A stretch of DNA of 32,000 bases from Candidatus Electronema aureum. GTDB lineage: Bacteria > Desulfobacterota > Desulfobulbia > Desulfobulbales > Desulfobulbaceae. Location of the stretch: assembly GCA_004284765.1 (NCBI GenBank), contig NQJD01000015.1:25167-57166 (forward strand), in the 5' to 3' direction. A program made the position numbers and the translations under genes. Below the pieces are notes generated by a model. That model was given only the letters and a program-made list of their open reading frames with translations. It made no database searches and was not told the origin of the DNA. Positions 18,311-28,047 of this stretch are shown in pieces (positions within the stretch are counted from its first letter, which is position 1; the number at the start of each line of letters is the position of its first letter).

Positions 18311-18951
18311 TGGGTAAGTTCCTCCATGCAGCGGGCCACTGCTCGTACTGCTTCGGCGGCGTTGTTTCCGCTTGCATCTGCCCCCACTTCCCGCCATAAT
18401 TCTGGGTCAAAGCGAAACGGTGCCCCGCCGACAATGATTTTCGTTGCAGAACCAGCAGCGACGAGAAGTATTTTCACCTGTTTGATTTGAAGCGCGGAGT
18501 GAAGCATGAGGGTGGAGATTAAGACAATCTTCACTTCATCGCGGCAGATTCGTTCGGCCAGCTCTGGGGCAGTCAGCCTGCCGTAGTCGCAGAGTTCATA
18601 GCCACTGGCCCGCAACGCAGCGCAGACGATCGTTTTGCCGAGGGCATGATAATCATCGAGCAAGGCAATACCAATTTTTGGGCGAAGAATCCGCTCTGGG
18701 CTGGAGGGCGGTAGGAGCTTATCGACCAGCTCCTCGCAAATGCGGCTGCTCATATACACCTGCGCTAAGGCCGCGCTGCCTTGCTCCCAGCGTCTGCCGA
18801 TTTCCTCCAGAGCAGGCACCACTAAGCGTTCCACCGCTTTGAGCGGCGCATCTTGCGCCCGTGCCTCGGCCAGCATCTGTTCTGCTCCGATGCGGTCAAG
18901 TACCAACAGTTTATCTGCAAAAATTTCGCTACTGCGGTCTGCTGCGGTCAT
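18307..18951 (-). CDS. cobalamin (B12)-binding corrinoid protein
   Basis: It has an N-terminal helical cap plus a Rossmann-like domain with the canonical D-x-H-x-x-G motif ('LLDDYHALGKTI') and 'IIVGGAPF'. ATG 18951 follows an 'aggaa' SD. The longer track ORF (to 19044) runs through the predicted promoter. Confidence 0.85.
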   Translation of the reverse strand: MTAADRSSEIFADKLLVLDRIGAEQMLAEARAQDAPLKAVERLVVPALEEIGRRWEQGSAALAQVYMSSRICEELVDKLLPPSSPERILRPKIGIALLDDYHALGKTIVCAALRASGYELCDYGRLTAPELAERICRDEVKIVLISTLMLHSALQIKQVKILLVAAGSATKIIVGGAPFRFDPELWREVGADASGNNAAEAVRAVARCMEELTQ

Positions 18952-19043
18952 GGAAAATTCCTGAAGAAAAGATACCGTAGATTGCCTGAAAAGGCACGGG
19001 GTTATTTTACTGCCCAGAACAGGCTTGTTAAAATAATCAGCCA

Positions 19044-19073
19044 ATTTTACTGATCCTTTTTCGCTGCTGTCAA
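19044..19073 (-). promoter_or_regulatory. candidate sigma70 promoter of the corrinoid/kinase operon (TTGACA-18-TAAAAT)
   Basis: On the minus strand, -35 TTGACA is at 19073-19068 and -10 TAAAAT at 19049-19044, with an 18-nt spacer, about 90 nt upstream of ATG 18951. Confidence 0.45.
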
Positions 19074-19210
19074 ATTATTTCCGCTCGGTTGGCAAGAATC
19101 AGAGGCATCGGCTGTTTTTTTTATTGCATTGCGGTAGCTTCCAAGGCACCATGTTTCTCAGATAGAGATGAATTCTTGTTTTTTTCGATATACCACAAGC
19201 AGGAGAGCGC

Positions 19211-22200
19211 ATGAGTTTCAAGAGCACCTTCCTCGCTGCCCAAAGCAGCGTCCGGCGCAGTGCCCACACCGCTAAAAAACATGTTTTTTGCTCCCTGTTG
19301 ACTGGAATGCTGCTTCTGGGAGTATTCTATTTTCTTTCCGTTCTTTGGATGTATCAGCAGCAGGATGCGGTGCGGCAGAGTGAATGGCGTGAGATGATTA
19401 ACGACCTCTATGCCCGCCGGATCGCGGAAAACGGACAAATGTTGCAAACACTCCTGCTGACTTTGAGCGAGAACCAGGAGCTGTTACGGCAGTTTCTCGC
19501 CAAAGACCGAGTGACCTTACTGCGCTCGGCTCTGATTATCAACCGTCATCTCAGTCGCCACAGCCAGATCACCCATTTTTATTTTCATAACCGGGATAAA
19601 ACTTGCTTTCTGCGGGTGCATCAGCCTGACCGTCACGGCGACCGCATCAATCGTGTTACCTTAGAGCAAGCGGCAGCTACAGGCAATGCGGTTTCTGGTT
19701 TAGAAATTGGTCCGCTCGGTACTTTGACTCTCCGGGCGGTCATGCCTTGGCACGACCAAAAAGGGCAGTTAATCGGCTACATCGAGCTGGGTCGGGAGTT
19801 AGCCACTTTGCTGCCAATTTTTGCCGAACTCAAGCCCATTGACGGCTACCAGCTCACCGTGGGCAAGGGATACCTTAACCAGCAGGGCTGGGAACAGGGC
19901 ATGAAAATGCTGGGCCATGTCGCAGACTGGTCAGCGTTCCCAGATCGGGTAATCATGGCTGACCAACTGCCGCACGGCATAAACTGCTCCAGTAGCAGCA
20001 GTCACAAGCACAGCTGGCCGCAGGAGTTGCTGCGCAAAATCATACCCGACTCGATGTTCTGCATGAAGCACACGGTGCCAGTGATCGACGCGGGCGGGCA
20101 GCAGGTCGGCAGCCTGCTTTTTGTCCGTGACGAGTTAGACAAGCTGCTGGCTGCACGCCGAATCAACACCTTTTTTCTGCTCTTTTTGCTGGGTACTACT
20201 GCCGGGCTACTGCTCTTATATTACATTTTTCTCCACCGAATGGAGAACCGCCTCGCCGAGTCAGATGAGGTGCTGGAAGAGAGCCGCAGGCAGCTGGCTT
20301 TAGCCTTGGAGGTGGCGGGGTTGGGCATGTGGGATTGGCATCCTCGCCGCAATGTGCTGCACACCAACGACATCTTTTTCACCATGCTCGGCTGGCCACA
20401 TGATGCTTTTCAGCGCACCAATAAGCTCTGGCAGGAGCTGATGCACCCAGAGGATTTTATCGCCACCGGTGCAGCAGTGCAGCCTTTTCTGGAGCGCGAT
20501 GACGGCTGTTGTAGCGCAGAATATCGCCTGCGCACAGCGGACGGCCAGTGGCGATGGATTCGCGCTCTGGGTCGGGTGATCGCCCGCGATGCTGAAGGTC
20601 GGGCAGTGCGCTTTATGGGTGTGCATATCGACATCACCCGCAGCAAGGAAACCGAGGCCGAGCTGCTGGAAAACTTCCATCGCCTGACCACCTTCATGGA
20701 AACCCTGCCTGACGCGGTGTTTCTCAAAGACGGCAAAGGCCACTGGTTACTGACGAACGGGGTAGCTCGGCAACTTTTTCATGTGGAAAGGATTGCGTGG
20801 CAGGGTAAAACTGATACAGAAATCGGGCAGGAACAGCCAGTCTTGGCCAATGTGCTCGCTGCTTGTACGGCCAGCGACGAACGGGCTTGGCAAAAGCGGG
20901 CCATGCTGATCGAAGACGAGACAGCCACCGATCTAACCGGCCACCCACGCCTATTTGAAGTCCGCAAGATGCCGCTCTTTTTTGCCGACGGCAGCCGCAA
21001 AGCACTCGTCATTATCGGTAGAGACATCACTGAGCAGCGACAGATTGAGCAGCAACTCATTGAGGCTCGGCGGGAGGCTGAGGCAGCCAGTCAGGCCAAG
21101 TCAGATTTTTTGGCCAACATGAGTCATGAAATCCGCACCCCGATGAATGCGGTGATTGGCATGTCTCAGTTAGCCTTAGCTACTGACCTTTCGCCTGTTC
21201 AGCAGAATTATTTAGAAAAAATAAGCAGTTCTGCCGAGCTATTGCTGGGCATTCTCAACGATATTCTTGATTTTTCCAAGATTGAAGCAGGTAAGCTGGA
21301 GATTGAGCAAATCAACTTCAGTCTGCACTCGGTGTTAGAGAGTTTGCACAGTTTGCTCGGCTTCAAAGCGGCAGAGCAAGGTTTAGAGCTGACTGTCAAC
21401 AAGGCAGCAGAGGTGCCAGATAACCTTCGTGGCGACCCGCTGCGTCTTGGCCAAATCCTGATTAATCTCGGTAACAATGCGATTAAGTTCACCCAGCAGG
21501 GCAGAGTCACTATTCGGGTTGATCTCATCGAGCGGGCAGGACGCAGGGCGGTGTTGCGTTTCTCGGTCAGCGACACTGGTATCGGTATCACCCAAGAACA
21601 GCAGCGGAATTTATTTCAGCTTTTCAGTCAAGCAGATAACTCAATCACCCGGAAGTACGGCGGTACCGGTCTTGGTTTGTCGATCAGCAAAAAATTAGTT
21701 GAGATGATGGGTGGTTCGATCCACGCAGAAAGCGTGTACGGGCAGGGTTCGGTTTTTACCTTCACCTTACCGCTTGAAATCAGTGAGGAAGAAAGGCCAC
21801 GTTCTGCGCCGACCCAGCTGTCATCTGATTTCGGACGACTACGCGGGGCAAGAATTTTGTTGGCAGAAGATAATCCGCTGAATCAAGAGCTGACCTTGAT
21901 TTTGCTGCGGCGGAGAGGTATAGAGGTGACATTGGCTAACAACGGTGCTGAGGCACTGGAAGCTCTGAGCCGAGAAACCTTTGACTGTGTGCTGATGGAT
22001 TTACAGATGCCGGTCATGGACGGCTGCACTGCCTGTCGGGAGCTGCGCAAGCAGCCGCGCTACAAAGACCTACCAGTCATCGCGTTGACTGCCAATGTCA
22101 TGACCGGCGACCGCGAAAAAAGCAAATTAGCTGGCATGAACGGCCACATCGGTAAGCCTTTCCGTGAGGAAGAACTGCTGGCTACCTTGTGCCGTCTGCT

Positions 22201-22606
22201 GCCGCCAAGTCGTTCGTCTGCTTTCTCTGAGCAGTCGTCAGCACCCGTCGCCGCTCCCGTCGATTTTACTGCTTTAGTCGGCATCGATGCGGAAAAAGGT
22301 TTGGCTAACACCATGCACGACCCGGATTTCTACCGCAGAATCCTGCTGCTCTTCCGGCAAGATCAAGCCGATTTTGTCCAGAAATTTAAAACGGCCCAAC
22401 AGACTGGCGATGTCAGCGGTGCAGCTCGATTAGCCCATACTCTGAAAAGTGTTGCTGCCACTATCGGTGCGGAAGCTCTACAAGAGGTCGCTTCTCAGTT
22501 GGAAAACACCTGTTGCCAAGGTGGAAACACCGAAGACTTGCTTCAGCAGGCAACGGCAGAGTTAGAACAGGTGCTGCGGGGAATAGACCGTTTCACTTTG
22601 GCGTAG
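19211..22606 (+). CDS. hybrid sensor histidine kinase (Cache-like periplasmic domain, 2 PAS, HisKA, HATPase_c, REC, Hpt)
   Basis: SD 'aggaga'. TM segment, an extracytoplasmic ~280 aa ('THFYFHNRDKTCFLRVHQPDRHGD') and a second TM segment. These are followed by PAS regions, 'SHEIRTPMNAVIGMSQ', 'GGTGLGLSISK', REC ('ILLAEDNPLNQ', 'VLMDLQMPVMDG') and Hpt ('AHTLKSVAATIGA'). Confidence 0.9.
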   Translation: MSFKSTFLAAQSSVRRSAHTAKKHVFCSLLTGMLLLGVFYFLSVLWMYQQQDAVRQSEWREMINDLYARRIAENGQMLQTLLLTLSENQELLRQFLAKDRVTLLRSALIINRHLSRHSQITHFYFHNRDKTCFLRVHQPDRHGDRINRVTLEQAAATGNAVSGLEIGPLGTLTLRAVMPWHDQKGQLIGYIELGRELATLLPIFAELKPIDGYQLTVGKGYLNQQGWEQGMKMLGHVADWSAFPDRVIMADQLPHGINCSSSSSHKHSWPQELLRKIIPDSMFCMKHTVPVIDAGGQQVGSLLFVRDELDKLLAARRINTFFLLFLLGTTAGLLLLYYIFLHRMENRLAESDEVLEESRRQLALALEVAGLGMWDWHPRRNVLHTNDIFFTMLGWPHDAFQRTNKLWQELMHPEDFIATGAAVQPFLERDDGCCSAEYRLRTADGQWRWIRALGRVIARDAEGRAVRFMGVHIDITRSKETEAELLENFHRLTTFMETLPDAVFLKDGKGHWLLTNGVARQLFHVERIAWQGKTDTEIGQEQPVLANVLAACTASDERAWQKRAMLIEDETATDLTGHPRLFEVRKMPLFFADGSRKALVIIGRDITEQRQIEQQLIEARREAEAASQAKSDFLANMSHEIRTPMNAVIGMSQLALATDLSPVQQNYLEKISSSAELLLGILNDILDFSKIEAGKLEIEQINFSLHSVLESLHSLLGFKAAEQGLELTVNKAAEVPDNLRGDPLRLGQILINLGNNAIKFTQQGRVTIRVDLIERAGRRAVLRFSVSDTGIGITQEQQRNLFQLFSQADNSITRKYGGTGLGLSISKKLVEMMGGSIHAESVYGQGSVFTFTLPLEISEEERPRSAPTQLSSDFGRLRGARILLAEDNPLNQELTLILLRRRGIEVTLANNGAEALEALSRETFDCVLMDLQMPVMDGCTACRELRKQPRYKDLPVIALTANVMTGDREKSKLAGMNGHIGKPFREEELLATLCRLLPPSRSSAFSEQSSAPVAAPVDFTALVGIDAEKGLANTMHDPDFYRRILLLFRQDQADFVQKFKTAQQTGDVSGAARLAHTLKSVAATIGAEALQEVASQLENTCCQGGNTEDLLQQATAELEQVLRGIDRFTLA

Positions 22607-22634
22607 TTCTTATCAAGAGAGAGAGGGAAATTTC

Positions 22635-23822
22635 ATGTCAGAAGACAACTACACAGAAGTCACCAACGAATCTTGGTTCAGCCGAATTGGTGGGGCCTTT
22701 AAAGGCATTATCTTTGGCTTTGTCCTGTTCATCGCTGCGTTCCCGCTCCTGTTGTGGAATGAAGGTCGGGCGGTAAAGACTTACAAAACCCTGAAGGAAG
22801 GCAGCGGCACAGTGATCTCTGTGCCTGCGGACAAGGTTACTCCAGCCAACGAGGGAAAGTTAGTGCATCTGAGCGGCAAAGCTGTCACCGAGGCCACGCT
22901 GACCGATCCAATTTTCGCCGTGTCTGCTAATGCCCTCAAACTGCGAAGGGAAGTGGAGATGTATCAGTGGCAGGAAAGCTCGAAGAGTGAGACCAAGAAG
23001 AAGCTCGGCGGCGGCACAGAGACAGTGACGGAATATTCGTACAGCAAGGTCTGGTCAGGCAACACCGTCAGCTCCTCCAGTTTCAAAAAGTCAGGGCATG
23101 AGAATCCTAACTCCATGCCCTATCACTCCGAAGAGCTGGTAGCGGACAACGTCACGCTGGGAGCTTTTACCCTGCCGTCCTCCTTGGTCAGCAAGATCAG
23201 CGGTTCGCAAGCCTTGCCGATCAGCAGCGAGCTTTCCTTGCCTCAAGAGCTGGAAGGGAAGGCGAAGCGGCACGACGGCGGATTCTATCTCGGTGCTGAT
23301 CCTTCCTCGCCCCAAGTTGGTGATGTGCGGATTACGTTTGAGACGGTGCCGCCGACTGATGTGAGCTTGGCTGCCCAGCAAGTTGGCAGCAGCTTTGCTC
23401 CTTACCAAGCCTCAACGGGCGACACTATCGAACTCTTGCAAGCAGGTACCCACACGGCGGCAGCGATGTTCCAGAAAGCCCAGAGCGACAACAAGCTGCT
23501 GACTTGGATTCTCCGAGCTGTAGGCTTTTTCCTGATGTTTGCTGGATTAGGTATGATCTTCAAGGTGCTGTCTGTGCTGGCCGATGTTCTGCCGTTCTTA
23601 GGTAACGTGATCGGTGCGGGTACAGGCATCATCTCTTTCTTGATCGCGGCGGTGCTATCGCTGATCACCATTGCATTGGCTTGGGTTGTTTACCGGCCTC
23701 TTTTTGGCATCATCCTGCTCGCCGTTGCAGTTGGGCTGATTGTCTTAGTTAAAGGCAAGCTTGGCACAGCAAAGAAGCAAACAACAGCAGCAATGCCTCC
23801 GCCTCCACCGCCCCGCTCGTAA
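22635..23822 (+). CDS. TMEM43/DUF1625-family membrane protein
   Basis: N-terminal TM segment followed by 'WNEGR', then 'LRREVEMYQWQE' and a C-terminal cluster of TM helices. This layout is typical of bacterial TMEM43 (LUMA) homologues. The C-terminal tail is 'MPPPPPPRS'. Confidence 0.7.
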   Translation: MSEDNYTEVTNESWFSRIGGAFKGIIFGFVLFIAAFPLLLWNEGRAVKTYKTLKEGSGTVISVPADKVTPANEGKLVHLSGKAVTEATLTDPIFAVSANALKLRREVEMYQWQESSKSETKKKLGGGTETVTEYSYSKVWSGNTVSSSSFKKSGHENPNSMPYHSEELVADNVTLGAFTLPSSLVSKISGSQALPISSELSLPQELEGKAKRHDGGFYLGADPSSPQVGDVRITFETVPPTDVSLAAQQVGSSFAPYQASTGDTIELLQAGTHTAAAMFQKAQSDNKLLTWILRAVGFFLMFAGLGMIFKVLSVLADVLPFLGNVIGAGTGIISFLIAAVLSLITIALAWVVYRPLFGIILLAVAVGLIVLVKGKLGTAKKQTTAAMPPPPPPRS

Positions 23823-23874
23823 ACACATGATCCATGCTAGCATGGAGTTTTCCTCCGCTGTAGAGCTGAAAATA

Positions 23875-23903
23875 TCGTCATCTTGCTCCATGCCTGCTAT
23901 AAT
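23875..23903 (+). promoter_or_regulatory. candidate sigma70 promoter upstream of the beta-helix gene (TCGTCA-17-TATAAT)
   Basis: Perfect -10 TATAAT at 23898-23903 and a weak -35 at 23875-23880 with a 17-nt spacer. Confidence 0.3.
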
Positions 23904-24104
23904 CATGCGGCACGGAGCAGCTTGCACAGGGCAGGCCAGTTCATGTTCAACAAGGACGAATCAGCGGGCTTGCAAGAGCGATATGATGGATGGCACATTC
24001 ATAGACGTGGTGATCAACAAGCTGCAATGGCTGCTTGATCATCCTGAAGTGACATGGAGCGGCAGCGGCAAGCAGAACATATTCATCTTTGCACGGAGGA
24101 CAGA

Positions 24105-25646
24105 TTGAAAACACCACTGAAGGGACTACTGTTCTTGGCTGCGCTGCTGATGGCTGTCGGCACAGCGCAGGCGGCAACCATCACCGTAGATATAGGCGGT
24201 GCCTGCACGTTAGCTGATGCCATCACTGCAGCCAATACCGACACAGCCACCGGCGGCTGCGTGGCAGGCGCAGGAGATGACACCATAACCTTGGAGACAG
24301 ATATCACTCTTGCCGCCGCCCTGCCGACAATCACGAGCACGGTCATCATTGAGGGCGGCTACTACTTCATCAGCGGCAATAATAATTCCAGCGTAGGCAC
24401 TGTGCTGAGAGTAGCCAACAGCGGCAACCTAATCCTGAATCAAGTCATTGTTACTCGCGGCTATAACAGCACATCAGGTCTTGGCGGAGGAATTTACACT
24501 AGCGGCGGCACAGTTACGCTGAACAACTCCACAGTCAGCGAAAACTCTATCTCCTCCTCTTCTTCCTCTGCTGGCCTTTCCTACAGTGAGGGCGGGGGGA
24601 TTTACAGCTATAGCGGCACAGTCACACTGAACAACTCCACAGTCAGTGGGAACTCTGTCTCCTCTTCTCCCCCCTCCTCCGACTTTATCTGCCACAGTGA
24701 GGGCGGGGGGATTTACAGCTATAGCGGCACAGTCACGCTGAACAACTCCACAGTCAGTGGGAACTCTGTCTCCTCTTCTGTCTCCTCCTCTTCCTCCTTT
24801 CTCTACTACAGTAAGGGCGGGGGAATTTACAGTAGCGGTACAGTCACGCTGAACAACTCCACAGTCAGCGGGAACTCTGTCTCCTCTCCCGTCTCCTCTT
24901 CCTCCTTCTTTATCTACTACAGTGGCGGCGGGGGAATTTACAGTGACGGTACAATCACGCTGAACGACTCTACAGTCAGTGGAAACTCTGCTTCCTCTTC
25001 TGTTTCATCTTCCTCTTTCATTGAATACTACGGTGGTGGCGGAGGGATTTACAGTGGCGGCACAATGATGATGAATCACTCTACAGTTAGCGTGAACTAT
25101 ATTTCCATGTCCTTCTCCTCATTATCCGGTGTTGTGTCATTTAGCGGTGGGGGAATTTACAGTGGCGGCGGCGCAGCCATATTGCGCAGTTCCCTTGTCA
25201 GCGGCAACACAGCCATGCTCCACGGCCCAGATTTCGCAGCTTCCAATAGCAATGAAGTCCAGGGCACAGTGACAGCAGATGGCCATAATCTCTTCGGCCA
25301 CAGCGGTGAGACGAGCGCACAGGCATTCTCATCCTACAACTTCACGCCCGGCAGCAGCGACATTACCGCCACCAGCGACGGCACCAAGCCTACTGCGCTG
25401 GCCGCTATCCTCTCCCCTCTGGCCGACAACGGCGGTGCTACCAAGACCCACGCACTGCCTGCGGGCAGCCCGGCGATTGATCTGGACACGACATGCAGCA
25501 CTGGCCTGACCATAGATCAGCGCGGCTATCCGCGTCCGGTTGGTTCAGGCTGCGATGCGGGTTCTTTTGAATACGGGAGCGTTCGTACGGTCACCGGCAT
25601 AAACATGGCACCCATCTACAAGCTGCTGCTGTTCAAGCGGCGATAG
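24105..25646 (+). CDS. secreted parallel beta-helix repeat protein with C-terminal choice-of-anchor-Q-like domain
   Basis: The TTG at 24105 follows 'ggagga' and gives a textbook signal peptide, 'KTPLKGLLFLAALLMAVGTAQA|A' (the track ORF starts at ATG 24054). It has about 7 repeats of 'GGGIYS..GTVTLNNSTVSGNS'. The C-terminus reads 'LSPLADNGGATKTHALPAGSPAID...DQRGYPRP...CDAGSFEY'. Confidence 0.75.
   Translation: MKTPLKGLLFLAALLMAVGTAQAATITVDIGGACTLADAITAANTDTATGGCVAGAGDDTITLETDITLAAALPTITSTVIIEGGYYFISGNNNSSVGTVLRVANSGNLILNQVIVTRGYNSTSGLGGGIYTSGGTVTLNNSTVSENSISSSSSSAGLSYSEGGGIYSYSGTVTLNNSTVSGNSVSSSPPSSDFICHSEGGGIYSYSGTVTLNNSTVSGNSVSSSVSSSSSFLYYSKGGGIYSSGTVTLNNSTVSGNSVSSPVSSSSFFIYYSGGGGIYSDGTITLNDSTVSGNSASSSVSSSSFIEYYGGGGGIYSGGTMMMNHSTVSVNYISMSFSSLSGVVSFSGGGIYSGGGAAILRSSLVSGNTAMLHGPDFAASNSNEVQGTVTADGHNLFGHSGETSAQAFSSYNFTPGSSDITATSDGTKPTALAAILSPLADNGGATKTHALPAGSPAIDLDTTCSTGLTIDQRGYPRPVGSGCDAGSFEYGSVRTVTGINMAPIYKLLLFKRR
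24477..25212 (+). repeat. in-frame tandem coding repeats (~111-117 nt period, ~7 units)
   Basis: Units recur with 'ggcggggg(g/a)atttacag...acagtcac.ctgaacaactccacagtcag.gg.aactct'. Segments 24585-24668 and 24696-24779 differ at 1 of 84 positions. Confidence 0.9.
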
Positions 25647-25656
25647 AAAAAAACGC

Positions 25657-25788
25657 ATGACTGACATCATAGCCCCTGATCATCCTCAAAGCCGCCTGCA
25701 TCGACTCTTTGACCGCAACTTTCTCGACTACACCGCCTACGTTATCCGCGAGCGGGCCATCCCGGACATCGACGACGGCCTGAAACCA
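25657..25788 (+). pseudogene. duplicated 5' fragment (44 codons) of the ParC-like topoisomerase gene
   Basis: Codons 11-44 ('QSRLHRLFDRNFLDYTAYVIRERAIPDIDDGLKP') are identical in protein to codons 15-48 of the intact gene at 26014. Homology stops abruptly before the conserved 'VQRR', and the frame then reads unrelated sequence to a stop at 25878. Confidence 0.8.
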
Positions 25789-25849
25789 ATTTTCCGCAGC
25801 AACGTCCACAGCCAAGAAAACAATCTGCGCTATAACACGGAGGAACAGC

Positions 25850-26013
25850 ATGGAAAAGATTCTGTATCTTCATATTGAGAAACTGCCGGAAGGGGTTTAT
25901 CTGGCAACTTCAGAGTCTGTGCAGGGGCTTATCGCTCAGGGACGGACAGTCGCTGAAACCTTGGAAATCGCCCGTGGTGTGGCGCGGAAGCTCTCTGAAG
26001 CTGCAACAAACGT

Positions 26014-26017
<4 letters not shown>
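25850..26017 (+). CDS. HicB-like / UPF0150-fold small protein (55 aa), orphan
   Basis: Not in the ORF track because it is under 60 aa. SD 'ggagga' lies 5 nt upstream. Translation: MEKILYLHIEKLPEGVYLATSESVQGLIAQGRTVAETLEIARGVARKLSEAATNV. The 'EG.Y.A.....GL..QG.T..E.L' pattern matches the HicB N-terminal / DUF1902-type fold. Its stop overlaps the downstream ATG (ATGA, 26014-26017). Confidence 0.5.
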
Positions 26018-28029
<2,012 letters not shown>

Positions 28030-28047
28030 AAGTTAAGGAGAGCAACC

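Noticed and set aside
18952-19044. An upstream extension of the corrinoid-protein ORF. Analogous extensions occur at 18311-18397, 17295-17345 and 6856-6978.
   Set aside because: Internal ATGs have SD sequences and produce ATGA/TAATG-type coupling with the preceding gene. The extensions overlap the preceding gene heavily or cover the predicted promoter, and they encode low-complexity sequence.
19136-19151. A sigma54-like element on the minus strand (TGGTGC-N5-AAGCT, with GG/GC at the correct 12-nt offset).
   Set aside because: Only the GG and GC dinucleotides match. No sigma54 activator is present in the window. A much better sigma70-type promoter lies closer to the operon.
18952-19210. A possible cobalamin riboswitch upstream of the B12-binding protein gene.
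   Set aside because: The predicted leader is only about 90 nt. I could not find a B12-box-like conserved core on the minus strand. An Infernal scan would be decisive.
23761-24108. A 115-aa ORF spanning the TMEM43-like gene's 3' end and the intergenic region. A 31-codon ORF also starts near 23943.
   Set aside because: There is no SD. It overlaps the preceding gene, the predicted promoter and the palindrome, and its composition is atypical.
24477-25212. Regularly spaced repeats that could be mistaken for a CRISPR array.
   Set aside because: The repeats are in frame within a long ORF and encode a coherent beta-helix repeat protein. The 'spacers' are also related to each other (Ser-rich), and no cas genes are present.
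25789-25849. A search for a hicA-like toxin gene partnering the HicB-like ORF.
   Set aside because: Only 61 nt are available between the end of the duplicated fragment homology and the HicB-like start. No suitable ORF exists on either strand nearby.
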